Shown: positions 43,330 through 55,042 of the stretch, piece after piece
How the letters are laid out: every line of letters starts with the position of its first letter
Numbering within the stretch: position 1 is the first letter of the stretch
From: Naegleria gruberi
Lineage: Eukaryota
Length of the DNA stretch: 64,000 nucleotides
Assembly (NCBI GenBank): GCA_000004985.1
Contig: GG738874.1
Direction: 5' to 3' (one strand)
The notes under the pieces: model-generated
What the model was told of the DNA's origin: nothing
Database searches by the model: none
What the model saw: the letters and a program-made list of their open reading frames with translations, nothing else
Translations under genes and position numbers: made by a program

Positions 43330-45135
43330 ATGAGAATAAGCAGAGCCAAGGTTGTAATCTTTCTCGTGTTTGGATTGGCCCTCTTCTTGATTCCCTTCAC
43401 CTATTTTGTATTGTTACAGAATAAGCATGTGCAGGAGGTTCTTAGGACATCTCCTCCCCCTCCACCGAGATATAAATTATTGCAAGAATTAACGACGAGT
43501 TATTCGAGGAGTATTTTGTTTGATTCGGAATCATTGCAGGATGGCAATAAACAATTACCGGAGGAAATTAGTAAATATTTGGAAAATGTGATGGAGAGGG
43601 CACAATTTCCGGCCGCTAGTGGAATACCACAATTGATGACCATTGTTGAATCGGAAAATGATTTTAAATTCGTGGAAAACTTGATTAATTCGGTGCATAA
43701 TTTTTATGAGAGGAAGATTGAGACTTATAATGTGGATGCAACGGTGCAGAAATCTCCAAACTTTCCAAAGAGTGGACTTATTCATGATCAAGTTTCTAAC
43801 TTTGCAACTGATGCCGAGTCAGTTTATTGGATGATTTGGAGTGCCTTGACATCTCAAGATTATAGGAAAGTAATTATTTGTAATGTAGGAATGAGTGAAG
43901 ATCAAGTAAAGATTGCAAGCAAGTGGAGAAATGTTCAAGTTGTCAAGGTTTCTACATATGAACTGCCCGAACAAATGAAGAAGAATTTAGAAATCAAGAC
44001 ACTTATACTCTATTTATTATTGCAGAATTATCATTCTGTTTTATATTTGGATCCGAGGATTCAACTTCGTGAAAATTTGGACGATTTGGAAAATATTCTC
44101 AACTCTCAAGGATATGTCCAACTCACAAAATCAGCAATATCAATGGCTCAGGATGGATCTTGTACTGATTCTGTAATTGGATTTGTACATGGCAGTAACA
44201 AGTACGATATCCTTGTTGATACACTTACTTGTCAATACAAGGGTGAGAATTGCAAGTTGATGGACATAATGAAAAAGGCAGGATCTCATTGCAGCTCTGA
44301 ATACTTCCCAATAGATTACATCTCAAGTGAGAATCAAATACAAAATGTGCAATTACTAGACGAAAAAGCAGTAGCTGTAGTAATACCATTTTTAGAAAAT
44401 CAACTCGGAAAAATATTGGGAAATCTTATTGAGTGGAACGAGCCACAATATGCTCCATGTGGTAATAAGAAGGATCTGAGGAAAACTTTTGATTTGATTT
44501 TTTATATGAATAAGGACGTGAATCAAGGTATTGAAAACACTTTAATTGAATCACTTTCAAAAAAGAAATCTGTAACAAAATGTTTCAGACAAGTAAGATT
44601 CTTGTATGCTCATTTGAATGAGGAAAAACATGACAAGTATCCATTCGGTCCAACCAATCAATTTTTTGGCATGTTGGTAGATAATGCAGACTTTTATACG
44701 ACATATTCACACTTTCTTTATTTGGAACCTGATGTCAAGGCATTGAGGCCATTCTGGTTGGAACATGTTACTTCAATACTCAAACATTACGAAATAGTCA
44801 AGCCAGATTTTTGGGTTATTGGATCACAGTTCAGAGGAGGAGGAAAAGTCTGGGCTTTGATTAATAGATTCCACGTGAATGGTAATGCTCTCTACACCAC
44901 AGATGCCTCATTCAGATATTATATGAAAATGATTAGAGATCATGCTCACGTCTTTGATATGGATCCATATGAATTTTTACTCACCTATGACAATTTCCAA
45001 CTCACAAAGCACGTGTGGAATAGAATGATATTCCATGAATTTATTCAAAATTGGTACAGAACTAGGTGGCCAGAAAAACAGTTACGTAAACTATTCCCAA
45101 GAACATATTTAATCCATGGTGGTTACAGAGAATAA
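43330..45135 (+). CDS. type II membrane protein, possible Golgi glycosyltransferase-like
   Basis: N-terminal signal anchor (VVIFLVFGLALFLIPFTYFVLL), proline stem, then a 550-aa globular domain with D-x-D-like motifs (YLDPR, LEPDV); family not recognised. Confidence 0.5.
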   Translation: MRISRAKVVIFLVFGLALFLIPFTYFVLLQNKHVQEVLRTSPPPPPRYKLLQELTTSYSRSILFDSESLQDGNKQLPEEISKYLENVMERAQFPAASGIPQLMTIVESENDFKFVENLINSVHNFYERKIETYNVDATVQKSPNFPKSGLIHDQVSNFATDAESVYWMIWSALTSQDYRKVIICNVGMSEDQVKIASKWRNVQVVKVSTYELPEQMKKNLEIKTLILYLLLQNYHSVLYLDPRIQLRENLDDLENILNSQGYVQLTKSAISMAQDGSCTDSVIGFVHGSNKYDILVDTLTCQYKGENCKLMDIMKKAGSHCSSEYFPIDYISSENQIQNVQLLDEKAVAVVIPFLENQLGKILGNLIEWNEPQYAPCGNKKDLRKTFDLIFYMNKDVNQGIENTLIESLSKKKSVTKCFRQVRFLYAHLNEEKHDKYPFGPTNQFFGMLVDNADFYTTYSHFLYLEPDVKALRPFWLEHVTSILKHYEIVKPDFWVIGSQFRGGGKVWALINRFHVNGNALYTTDASFRYYMKMIRDHAHVFDMDPYEFLLTYDNFQLTKHVWNRMIFHEFIQNWYRTRWPEKQLRKLFPRTYLIHGGYRE

Positions 45136-45323
45136 AGGTAACAAGTTACACTTTTTCAAAACACGTCAAAATCAAGATAAATACAGAACAAATACTAAAA
45201 TTCATAGTGGATTGATTGTGATATTTAAAAAGGATAATATTTCAGTAGGCAAGAATTTAAAGTAATCTTATTATCAAAAGCTGAGTTATTGCGCATTGCG
45301 TAATTACATAAATTTCATAATCC

Positions 45324-46367
45324 TCAATGCTTACTCTTCTTTGCACCACTCTTAGCTTGTGATGACTCTGCGAGTTTACGCTTATTAGCTGAATTTGAAA
45401 CAGATTCTCTCATGTAGGAATCGACATAAATGATTGGATCATCAAAATCCATTTCCTTCATCCACTCCTTAAATTTGTTGGTCATCTTTGATTTTCCATG
45501 CAAAAATGGCCAATACCAATGATAACACAAAGTATTGTAAACTCTCTCAGTATTCAATTCTGGTGGTATTTGATCTTGTTCTACACTAATAAAGTGATTC
45601 ATAATTTCAAACGTGTCCGCACTCGTTCCCTCTACATAACCGTCCTCTGCATAGAAAATAAAATTGTCAAATGCAAAAACTCTCTCATCAAAGTGAGTTA
45701 TTCCTTGGATTTGATTGTAAATACCGGTAAATGAAAATTTCAAGGGATAACCAAATCCCATATAGACAGTGGCCTCAATTTCAAAACCTCCTATCTTTGC
45801 ATTTAATTCAGGTTTTAACTGCTTGATTGAGTGGACAATGATTTGCTTGCATTCACCTCCTTTCCAGAATTGTGAGACATCTTTAATCTCATAAATAGTG
45901 CCACCATCATTAATAATCAAGTCACAATTATAATAGTGTGAAAATAGTTTTTCGTGAATTTCAAAGGCCATAGATATTCTGGAAATGGTTTCTTCAATTT
46001 CCTTAACATATGGCAAGGTGTCATTTGCACAAAACTTGGAAATTACACTTGTCAAATTTCTCTTTGGAATTAAACTATTACTGATGAACTCTTTAAAAAT
46101 TGCCTGCATTGATTCATAATTTTTCAACTTGTGTGAAACCTTTCCTCCAATACCAACCATTTGATCCAAAAGACCAACTTGTTCATTAGAAAGCTTGAAA
46201 ACATTGGCCATGTAAAGTCTTGCAAAATATTCGGAAGAGAATACTGCAGAAAATGTTCTACTAATCAGAGGTGGTTCATTTCTCAACCAATCACTCACAT
46301 TGGAAAAGGAGAGGATTTTCTCTACTATCAATTCTTGATTAAAAACTGGATGGGAACTTGGGTGCAT
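45324..46367 (-). CDS. hypothetical protein with a Lys-rich C-terminal tail
   Basis: 347-aa ORF, A-rich start context; no confident family assignment. Confidence 0.5.
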   Translation of the reverse strand: MHPSSHPVFNQELIVEKILSFSNVSDWLRNEPPLISRTFSAVFSSEYFARLYMANVFKLSNEQVGLLDQMVGIGGKVSHKLKNYESMQAIFKEFISNSLIPKRNLTSVISKFCANDTLPYVKEIEETISRISMAFEIHEKLFSHYYNCDLIINDGGTIYEIKDVSQFWKGGECKQIIVHSIKQLKPELNAKIGGFEIEATVYMGFGYPLKFSFTGIYNQIQGITHFDERVFAFDNFIFYAEDGYVEGTSADTFEIMNHFISVEQDQIPPELNTERVYNTLCYHWYWPFLHGKSKMTNKFKEWMKEMDFDDPIIYVDSYMRESVSNSANKRKLAESSQAKSGAKKSKH

Positions 46368-46545
46368 TTTTTTTTATCTAGTTTTGGGTCGACAATTAGT
46401 TTTTGTTACAATGTATGTCCAATTTTCAAAGAAAAAAAATTGGTTGCTTTTAATATAAACATAATTAAAATTACTTCTGCTTAACCACTGCTAGCCTGGC
46501 CCATAGTTAAATACGAAGTAAATGTTAAAAGATATTTCCCGTGAT

Positions 46546-46618
46546 CCCCCTTAGCTCAGTCGGTAGAGCGTCAGACTGTTAATCTGCAGGTCGGTGGTTC
46601 GAGCCCACCAGGGGGAGA
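46546..46618 (+). tRNA. tRNA-Asn (anticodon GTT)
   Basis: 73-nt cloverleaf: acceptor TCCCCCT/AGGGGGA (U1:A72), D-arm TAGCTCAGTCGGTAGAGC, anticodon loop CTGTTAA, T-arm GGTGGTTCGAGCCCACC. Confidence 0.8.
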
Positions 46619-46721
46619 CAATGTTATTTTATTTTTTTCTTTTCATTACTAATTAAATTCGCAAAGCTCAATAATGCATTAACTTCTTTTTTTTTGTCAC
46701 TTCTGAGGTTTGATTCGAATT

Positions 46722-47828
46722 TCAATAGCATGTCTTTCTGTTGATAATTCCACTTCCATATTCAGCATACTCTTCACTTCTAATCCAGGTGGATTCAAAA
46801 GTTGAAAGGGATCCTAAGATATTAGCACCAATCCAAGCTGAATATTTTCTTTCTGGAGGTGCAACAACTTTAACCTTATTATCAAAAGCTAATTGATTCA
46901 ATTCCTTCAAAATTCTCTCTGAAAATCCATCAAACATTGTACTTCCTCCACTCAATATTATATTCTCAAAAAACTTGTTTTTCATTTTGGCATCAGTATT
47001 CGAATTAATCGAGTCAATTACCATTTTGTGAACGCCATCCAAATCCATTCCAATCATTGATGGTTGAAACATTATTTCTGGGCACTTGATGCATTCACTT
47101 CTAATGCACAGATTATTTCCATCAGGTAGCTCATAATTTTTCCCAGAACATTCCTCATTCAATTCTCTTTCAAAATCCAATGCAACACGACATGTTTTTT
47201 CCTTAATATCTGTGACTAAACTTCGATCTCTGAAAGTATTACCACTATCTTTTAACAGTTTATCCATGTGGTCTGTTAGCTCATTGCCCGCTAAATCCAT
47301 TCTTCTTACTCCATTTCGAATAATACATCCCTCATAAATAGGTACTGAACTAGATGTTCCCTCTCCACAATCCAAAACAACTCCACTCGATCTTCCAGAC
47401 GAAATCAATACCAGCAATGCATTCGGACAACTATTCATAAGTGGAACTTTAAATTTTTCAAATAACATCTCAGCCAACTTTCTCCTATTTTGTTTCGGAT
47501 TAAAACAACCTTCTCCCAAAATTATTCCCTGATTCTCAGGCTCAACCCTAAGCTCATTAAAAAACACATGTTCAAATAAAATTTCCATATCATCCCAATT
47601 TGTAATCACATCACGATCCATTGGTTTGGAAAGTTTGAGAATGGCCTTCTTAATGACGGCTTCATCACCCACAAAAACATTCTTCATGCCAGGAATGATC
47701 ATTCCCTTTATTTTTGGTCTGCCAATATAGGGAGGAAAGACAGCCCGTGGAGCATCCCTGCAAACAAATCCTGCACGAATGTTGCCGAAACCAATGTCCA
47801 TACAAATGGCTCTGTCCAATTCTGTCAT
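46722..47828 (-). CDS. actin-related protein (divergent actin fold)
   Basis: Actin fold signatures throughout (DIGFGNIRAGF, phosphate-2 LDCGEGTSSSVPIYEG, adenosine motif ILSGGSTMFDGF, ..KYSAWIGANILGSL); too divergent to be a conventional actin. Confidence 0.75.
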   Translation of the reverse strand: MTELDRAICMDIGFGNIRAGFVCRDAPRAVFPPYIGRPKIKGMIIPGMKNVFVGDEAVIKKAILKLSKPMDRDVITNWDDMEILFEHVFFNELRVEPENQGIILGEGCFNPKQNRRKLAEMLFEKFKVPLMNSCPNALLVLISSGRSSGVVLDCGEGTSSSVPIYEGCIIRNGVRRMDLAGNELTDHMDKLLKDSGNTFRDRSLVTDIKEKTCRVALDFERELNEECSGKNYELPDGNNLCIRSECIKCPEIMFQPSMIGMDLDGVHKMVIDSINSNTDAKMKNKFFENIILSGGSTMFDGFSERILKELNQLAFDNKVKVVAPPERKYSAWIGANILGSLSTFESTWIRSEEYAEYGSGIINRKTCY

Positions 47829-47995
47829 TTTTTTTGTAAAGTTTAAAGTTCATCTATGTAAATATCAACACCTGAGAAATCTTTACAATTTTTAATACAA
47901 TTAAATATAATAATTTTCATAACAATTTAAAAGATACTTTCCTTTTATGAAAACACGTGTTTGTTTAAATTATTTCAATTATTATTTAAAAAAAA

Positions 47996-48801
47996 ATGTT
48001 TTGGTTAATTGGCTTGGGAATTGCACTGATTTTATGTCTCGCTCGACTTTTTATGATCCTTCCGAAGAGGATTAAAGAAGGAAGTTTTAAATTGGATAAA
48101 TCAAACAAGAAATTATCATCACCATCATCAATAATTAAAACTCTTGTTGTTTTGGGTTCAGGAGGTCATACGGGAGAAATGATGGATGTTATTCAAACTC
48201 TTGATCCGAAACGATACAAGTTGGAATTTGTATTGGCTGATACTGATTCTACGAGTGAGAAGTTTGTTAGGAATTTATTGAAGGATAAGACTGATTTTGA
48301 ACCTCTTTCTTTCCATTACATTCCGAGAAGTAGAGAGGTACATCAGTCTTATTTTACTTCTATATTTACAACTTTGAAAGCCTTGTTTTATACTACTGTG
48401 ATTACGAATGTAAATATTAATCCTGATTTGGTAGGTTTCATTGTTGGATGTGTTTTGAAATTTATTAAGGAATTATTAATGTTTAGATTATTGTAAATGG
48501 ACCAGGAACGTGTATTCCAGTTTGTTTATCTGCTTATCTTACAAGAGTGAGTTTTTCTTTAATTTCCAATATTTTGACTATTGATATTAATTAATTGAAA
48601 TTATGTGGAATACATGTTTCAATTCAGTTTTTGGGTATTAAACATGTAAAAATCATCTTTATTGAAAGTGTTTGTAGAGTAGAATCATTGTCAGCCTCAG
48701 GTAAGATAATGTATCTCCTTGCAGATAGATTTCTTGTCCACTGGCCACAACTCCAACACAAATATAAGAATGTAGAATACCACGGACGAATGTGTTATTA
48801 A
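47996..48801 (+). CDS. alg14: UDP-GlcNAc transferase subunit ALG14, join(47996..48430,48487..48546,48628..48801)
   Basis: TM anchor; VVLGSGGHTGEM motif; PDL|IIVNGPGTCIPVCLSAYLTR|FLGIKHVKIIFIESVCRVESLS.SGKI is collinear with human ALG14 across two GT..AG introns (56 and 81 nt). Confidence 0.75.
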
Positions 48802-49012
48802 GGAGTAATTTAACACCCAATTACACACTTAATATAATTTTAACAGTTTAATTTTACCAATTTCACTTTTAATTTCGAATCAATAGTATAATAACAATCA
48901 ATGGAAATATTCCAAATGGTCCCAAATAGCAAGATGGCAAACTTCGTTAAAGTAATCGTTTATGAAACAGTAAAATTGAGCGCCTTAATTCTTCATCATC
49001 AAAAAAAAAGCC

Positions 49013-51094
49013 ATGAGTCATCGGTTTGATGAGTTGGCAAGTATTGACACTCTATCGATTCCCTCTATTGATGATGAGGACGATATGATGTTATATAAAA
49101 AGTATTTAGGAGAGGATGAGGAGCTGATTCAGCTGCACAACCTTGATACCAAAGTGGGGAGTAATAGAAAACCTTATCAACAACAAAAGAAGAATATAAG
49201 GAGAAGGGAATTTGGAGAAATTGTAGAGGAGGTAATAATCAATGATGATGAAATCTCTTCTTCCGGATCAGAAAAGTACATATCACCACGAGAGAACAAA
49301 TATTTGGATGAAGTTAATGAATTACTTGGAAAGGCTAAAGCTGAAAGAGAAAATTCACCAACAAAACAAACAACCCCGGACACTGCTCGTTTCCTCACGA
49401 AAATTAAAAAGTCTTTAGAGGATAACTTGGATGATGTTATTGAGGAGAGTACACGACTTTTAAAAGAAGCCTTACCAATGTTTTCCTATGAAACCAAGCA
49501 AGGGACGAGAGAAAACTTTTCCGACATGATTAAGAGGCAGCAAAAAGCCACTGCAAAGAAGGAAGAGCCATCTTCTTCATCTCTGTTTACTTCTGATTTT
49601 GATGATGATATTCCAATGATGACAATTTCAAAACCAATTAATGAATTTCCTAATTACTCTTCCGAGTATAGAAATTATGAAGTTTTTGAATCAAAAAAGA
49701 ATAAGAAACTTTTGGATAAGGATCATGATGATATCTCAACAAAATTCTTCCCTCACCTTCATGAAACAATTCAAAGATCGACTCCACTCAAGAATAGGAG
49801 ATTAAAAGCAAATGTTGTGAAAACTCCAAAAGTAAATCCAGATCAGAATAATGAGTACTATGCAAAATCAACTGAAATTTTACCAAGCAATATGGAAAAT
49901 AGACATGTATATGAAATAGATGAAGATCCATCCCCTAACAAAGAGGAAGAACTCAAGAAGGATAAACCTCAAAGGCAACATCTCGATTCAAGACAGTCAC
50001 GATTTACAGGACCCAAGAAGCAACGAGAATCAGTACAGAAAACAGAAAATAAGATACCAAAAAACGAACAAAAAGAGGAACCAAAAGTTGTTGAGACAGT
50101 TCCAGAGGTGATTGAGGACAAACCTCTCATTTTTGAATACATTAAACCGAAAGTGAGAGAAATTGAGTTTGCATCTCCTTCCTCTCCAGTTGAACCATTT
50201 GAACAGGTTGAATCAATGGAAGAACTAAGTGTAGAAGAGACTTCTCCTCGTGTGGTAAATATGATGAATCAGAATCTTAATGTTTTTCATGATCCAGTTA
50301 ATATTCAAGAAGAACAACCAAATCAAGTTTTCAATGAAGAATCACAAGAAACAACAGATCAATATGAAAAGAGAGAAGAACCACTCACTGTACAATCATT
50401 TGAAGAGTTCAACTTTGACTCCAATGAAATATCACCTGCCATTAATGAAGAATCAAAGCTTGAAACAGAAGAAACTATCCTCAATAAGGATGATGAAAAA
50501 CAAGAGGAATCGTTCTATGAAAATGAATCTCCAATGATATCCAGAGATTTGGATAACATTGGTTTCCAAGATATCATAAGAGATTTGAACTTTACAACTG
50601 AAACCATTTTAAGAGCTTGTTCTTCGTCAGTGGTTGATATTGAGCCAATCAATATTCCAAACTTTATTCCTCAAGAGGAAGATCAAATAGCCAAAGAAAA
50701 CACACTGAACCATGATGAGCCTCACACTCCAGCAAGAGAACAAGTACCTATAGAGGCATTAATTCCATTCTCACCAATGATTTATGACCAATACAGTCCT
50801 ATCCATAACATTCCATCACCTCAAAGTCCAATTGAAACTCCCCAACCAACCCCTCCAAAGAAGAAGATTTCCTCCAATAATTTAAATAAGAAAAAGACCA
50901 TAGCTACACCAAGAGAACACAATGCACCACTCGAAGAATCATTCATTCCCTACTCTGGAGTAAGACACTTACAAAAAACCACCTACAACCATTCCACAAT
51001 TGATTGGTATTTAAATTTGTGCAGTAACAAGTACAGTAGAACTCCCTCCACAAGTCAAAACAATACAGATAAGGGCGTGGTCAAGTGGGTGTAA
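49013..51094 (+). CDS. acidic Ser/Glu/Pro-rich hypothetical protein
   Basis: 693-aa ORF, A-rich start context, low complexity, no domain recognised. Confidence 0.5.
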   Translation: MSHRFDELASIDTLSIPSIDDEDDMMLYKKYLGEDEELIQLHNLDTKVGSNRKPYQQQKKNIRRREFGEIVEEVIINDDEISSSGSEKYISPRENKYLDEVNELLGKAKAERENSPTKQTTPDTARFLTKIKKSLEDNLDDVIEESTRLLKEALPMFSYETKQGTRENFSDMIKRQQKATAKKEEPSSSSLFTSDFDDDIPMMTISKPINEFPNYSSEYRNYEVFESKKNKKLLDKDHDDISTKFFPHLHETIQRSTPLKNRRLKANVVKTPKVNPDQNNEYYAKSTEILPSNMENRHVYEIDEDPSPNKEEELKKDKPQRQHLDSRQSRFTGPKKQRESVQKTENKIPKNEQKEEPKVVETVPEVIEDKPLIFEYIKPKVREIEFASPSSPVEPFEQVESMEELSVEETSPRVVNMMNQNLNVFHDPVNIQEEQPNQVFNEESQETTDQYEKREEPLTVQSFEEFNFDSNEISPAINEESKLETEETILNKDDEKQEESFYENESPMISRDLDNIGFQDIIRDLNFTTETILRACSSSVVDIEPINIPNFIPQEEDQIAKENTLNHDEPHTPAREQVPIEALIPFSPMIYDQYSPIHNIPSPQSPIETPQPTPPKKKISSNNLNKKKTIATPREHNAPLEESFIPYSGVRHLQKTTYNHSTIDWYLNLCSNKYSRTPSTSQNNTDKGVVKWV

Positions 51095-51224
51095 AGATGA
51101 ATTATTATCATTCAAATTGTACCATAAGAATCAACAAGAACGGATTCCACCATAGAGTCAACCCATTAATATTTTACACAACCAACAAACATTTTAAACA
51201 ATTTAATTAAATAAAAAATTTTGA

Positions 51225-51503
51225 ATGATAACAAAAGGCGCCAACACATCTCGTAGAATTATTGAAGACCTTCCCCTCTCCTACTTTATCCTTCGTGCAC
51301 AAAGTTTAAAATTATATCGTCAAACATTGAGACAAACACAACAAATACAAAGAGCCGATACAAGAAGAGAGGTTCGTCAGCAAGTCAGACAATTCATCGA
51401 CCCGTACAAACATAACAAGGACGTTGAGTTGGGTAAACGAGCACTTTCGGAAGCACGTTCTCAAATTAAATACTTGGAACAACTTATTTCTATGAGTCAA
51501 TAA
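51225..51503 (+). CDS. LYR-motif (Complex1_LYR family) protein
   Basis: LKLYRQTLRQ at the family-typical position in a roughly 90-aa three-helix protein. Confidence 0.55.
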   Translation: MITKGANTSRRIIEDLPLSYFILRAQSLKLYRQTLRQTQQIQRADTRREVRQQVRQFIDPYKHNKDVELGKRALSEARSQIKYLEQLISMSQ

Positions 51504-51608
51504 TAGTAGGAATACATAATAATCATCATCATTCGAGAAGAAAATAATTCATTTGGAATTTATATTGAATATTTAATAATTTGGAAATATAATTTTTGGA
51601 ATTTAGAT

Positions 51609-52313
51609 ATGACTATTACTAATCGATCATCACAATTGCTCATCACAAAATCATACAATGAATTTTTGTATTATTTAAAGAGTATTCATCAACAGCAGCG
51701 TCAAGCAACAAAATTTACTCCGTATCCCTTGTTGGGAATGGATTTGGGAACAAGAAATATTGGTTTATCCTTGACTGTTCGACAACAATTGAAAGATTCG
51801 GATGATTTAAAGCTGTTGGTTCGGTCTCTTTCTAATTTTTCACAACACAACCAGAATACTCTAAAAAGGACGATTGTTAAAGCAAAGCCATTGACCACCT
51901 TATCAATGAATACAGATTTGGAACCAGAATTAATGTATAGAGATCTTAGTTTAAATATTGAGCAATTATGTGAAAAGTTTAAAGTGAAAGGAATTGTGGC
52001 AGGTTATCAAACGAATTATAGTTCATCTGATGAGTTACTCACAGTTTTAAATAATATGATAATTTCTGGCGATTTTCTCTACTCAATGCCAATACTGTTA
52101 CAAGATGAAAGCAGATCCTCGTTTGAATCTTACATTCACTTGGTAGATCAGAAAACAAATGCCAATCACAATATGGGAGTCATGGATGCCTTCAAACGAT
52201 ACAAGCAAGATATTGATACTATGAAAAAGCAAGACAAGATGAAACTAAACTCTATCAGTGCTGCTGTCATTTTGGATAGAGCAATTAAGGAAATTCAAAA
52301 AATAAACAAGTAG
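51609..52313 (+). CDS. YqgF/RuvC-like (RNase H-fold) resolvase-family protein, probably organellar
   Basis: LLGMDLGTRNIGLSLT matches the YqgF catalytic N-terminal motif (LG.D.G...IG.A.S); 234 aa. Confidence 0.55.
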   Translation: MTITNRSSQLLITKSYNEFLYYLKSIHQQQRQATKFTPYPLLGMDLGTRNIGLSLTVRQQLKDSDDLKLLVRSLSNFSQHNQNTLKRTIVKAKPLTTLSMNTDLEPELMYRDLSLNIEQLCEKFKVKGIVAGYQTNYSSSDELLTVLNNMIISGDFLYSMPILLQDESRSSFESYIHLVDQKTNANHNMGVMDAFKRYKQDIDTMKKQDKMKLNSISAAVILDRAIKEIQKINK

Positions 52314-52356
52314 AATTGATTATTCTTTCATTAAAAATCAAAGTAATCAAATAACT

Positions 52357-54198
52357 TTATTCATAGATAAAGAGACCCTTATCTAAACCACATGAAGCAA
52401 TTTGAGAACCATCAATATTCCAAGTAACACCTGTAATAGAACTGGAATGGCCATTCACAACTAGAACAGCTGATCCCATAGCCTTTGTTGTTTGAGGAGT
52501 CAAAGACCAAATGAATAATTTACCATTGGTGCCTCCAGCGGCACAATATTCACCACAAGGAGAGAAGCATGCCTTATTGTAAGCAATGGTATTCTTATAG
52601 TCAGTATGTTTCAAGGTATCGAGAACCTTTTGAGTCATTCTCAAATCATAAATGTTGAGCAAGTTGTCCTTACCATTACTCAACAATTTAGTGCCGTCCT
52701 TTGAGAAACTGACACTGGTAACTTGTTGGCCATCGTGAGCTCTCTCAATTTCAGAAATGAGTTTAAATGACTTCATATCCCACAATCTAACAGCTGAATC
52801 AAAGTGAGCACTAGCAATAGTGTCACCTCTGGAAACTTCTACATCATTGACACTGGACTTGCAAGTCAACAAGGTCTTTTCACAGGTACCATATTGGAGT
52901 TCCCAGAATTTGATAGTTCTGTCGTGAGCTCCAGTAACAACCTTCTTAGAGTCTGGTGAAAAGTCAGCTCCGTAAATCTTTTTAGTGTGACCAGTGAGTG
53001 TGTGTCTTACACGATCATTTCCCAAATTCCAAATTCTACAAATTGAATCAGCACAAGCACCAAGAGCCAATTGACCAACACTGCTAAATTTCACCTTGAT
53101 TACACTGTCAGTAGATCCGTGAAGGGTAGTTGTGAAATTTCCTGATTTGGAATTGAAAATTCTAATAGTCTTATCACTACAAGCAATAGCGACACTGTGA
53201 GTATCCTCTGAAAAGTCAATACTATTAATTTGAGTATCAATAATTTGTTTACAGACAACTGTCTTTGGAGGAGTGATCAATATCTTTTCAGCATTATTAG
53301 TGGTTGTTGAAGGAGTATTGATGTTCATCGAAGTTGGTAAACCTGCTTGACCTCCTTGTTGTTGAGAAGATCCAACATTTCTAATCTTATCAAAGAATGA
53401 GAAGAATCCAGAGTCTCTTCTATCCTTTGGTGGAAGGTTATCTTCTGGACCTGGTGGTGTGGAAACTGAACCAGCAGAACCAGTAGTTCCATCCACTGAA
53501 GTATCCAAATTTCCAGTCTTGTATTTTGCTTGCAATGTTTGAAGTTGTTGTTTTTGTTGCATGACAGTCTTGTACAATTCATTGACTTGATTCATAGAGT
53601 CAACTTGTTTTTGCTTTTGTTCCACAACGTGATTGACCATCTTTTTGTTTTCTTCAGTTAATTCCTCAAGTTTTTTATCCTTTTCTCTCAATTCATTGAG
53701 AATGGTATCTCTTTCATTTCTCAATACTTCAATGCCACTTTCCTTCTTTTGAAGTCTTTCTTCCAACAATCTACTATTTTCTCTAGCAGTTTCCAATTCA
53801 ATCATTAATTTTTCATATCTAAAATTTCACAAATTTGAAACGAATTATGTTGGTAAGAATTTGATAGCTCTTAGAAATGATACATACTGAATCTTTTGAT
53901 CTTGTTCTTGATTCTTCAATCTCTTGACTTCATTATTCAAATCAAGAATAGTTTGAGATGATTCAACCTTTGCTCTAAAAGCTGATGTCAACTCTTCTTG
54001 AAGGCAATACACCTTTTCTTCCAATTCCTTGACTCTTGCAGAGGATACACCACTTGATCCTGGTGATGATGGCACAGACATTGATGTTGGTGCTCCAGAC
54101 TTTAACTTGGATAATTCTTCCTTGTAAATATCATTTTCGGCTTGAATGGAAGTTAATTTCTCCTTTGTTGTTTGATGTAATTTTCTGGTTTTTCTCAA
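52357..54198 (-). CDS. atg16: autophagy protein ATG16 (coiled-coil plus WD40), complement(join(52357..53818,53888..54198)); 5' end unresolved
   Basis: N-terminal coiled coil (..LQEELTSAFRAKVESSQTILDLNNEVKRLK..) and seven C-terminal WD40 repeats; GTATGT..TTTTAG intron (69 nt, phase 2) gives ..DQKIQ|YEKLMIELETAREN; the listed M at 54198 is a TTG, and the frame is open upstream to a TAA, so a further 5' exon with the real ATG is likely. Confidence 0.7.
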
Positions 54199-54664
54199 TT
54201 CTGTACAAATACTTTCATCTGTGTTGGAAATGATTATTGTTATGATTTAGAAAATAATTGTTTTTGTTGATCGTGATCAGAGGAATGAAGAGATGATGAA
54301 AGATCAAAATTATTTAAAAATAGTAAAAAATTGATCGGAATACTATGAATTACTAGTTTAGTGACAAAAACTCACATTGTTGAATCAAATTACTAAATTG
54401 TTTACTCTCCTCTTGGTTCCTCTTCTCCAGAACGGCAGAGAAGTTTGTCTTCCAACATGGTGAGGTTGTGAGTGCGCTCATTTTTATTTTAATTGTTATT
54501 AGAACGTGATAGGAAGACCTTCGTAATCAATCTTGATTGGAGGTTACCAGAATGTGATCGAACAAGGAAAAGCATAAGCTCAAGGTTTACTATTTGTAAT
54601 ATCAATATTAAAAATAAGAATGAACAGTGGTACTTTTTGAATATATTTTATGGTTTATGAAAAT

Positions 54665-55042
54665 TTATTGCATGGTAACAGCGAAACGTCTAACTGGGAA
54701 GTTGGCTTCCTTCTTTTGGGTCTTCAACAACTTCTTCTTCAATTGATAAGTCTTGAGGGATCTTCTGAAGGCACGGGTTTGCTTAACTCTCAAATCCTTT
54801 GGCTTGAACTTGGACTTTTCATAGACCTTCTTCAATTCATCTCTTTGCTTACTGACGATAACAGTCTTAATTCTAGCAATATTCTTTCTGACGACCTTGA
54901 TGTTCAAGAGGTTGGCAGTGGAAGCACCAGTGACCTTTTGGACTCTCAATTGGAAGAGTTCTTGCTTCATAGCATCCAATTGCTTCTTGAGGTCTTCGTT
55001 GGACTTATCTCTCAATTCGAAAGCTTTGACTTTTTGGACCAT
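54665..55042 (-). CDS. rpl35: 60S ribosomal protein L35 (uL29)
   Basis: MVQKVKAFELRDKSNEDLKKQLDAMKQELFQLRVQKVTG... is collinear with eukaryotic RPL35. Confidence 0.85.
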   Translation of the reverse strand: MVQKVKAFELRDKSNEDLKKQLDAMKQELFQLRVQKVTGASTANLLNIKVVRKNIARIKTVIVSKQRDELKKVYEKSKFKPKDLRVKQTRAFRRSLKTYQLKKKLLKTQKKEANFPVRRFAVTMQ

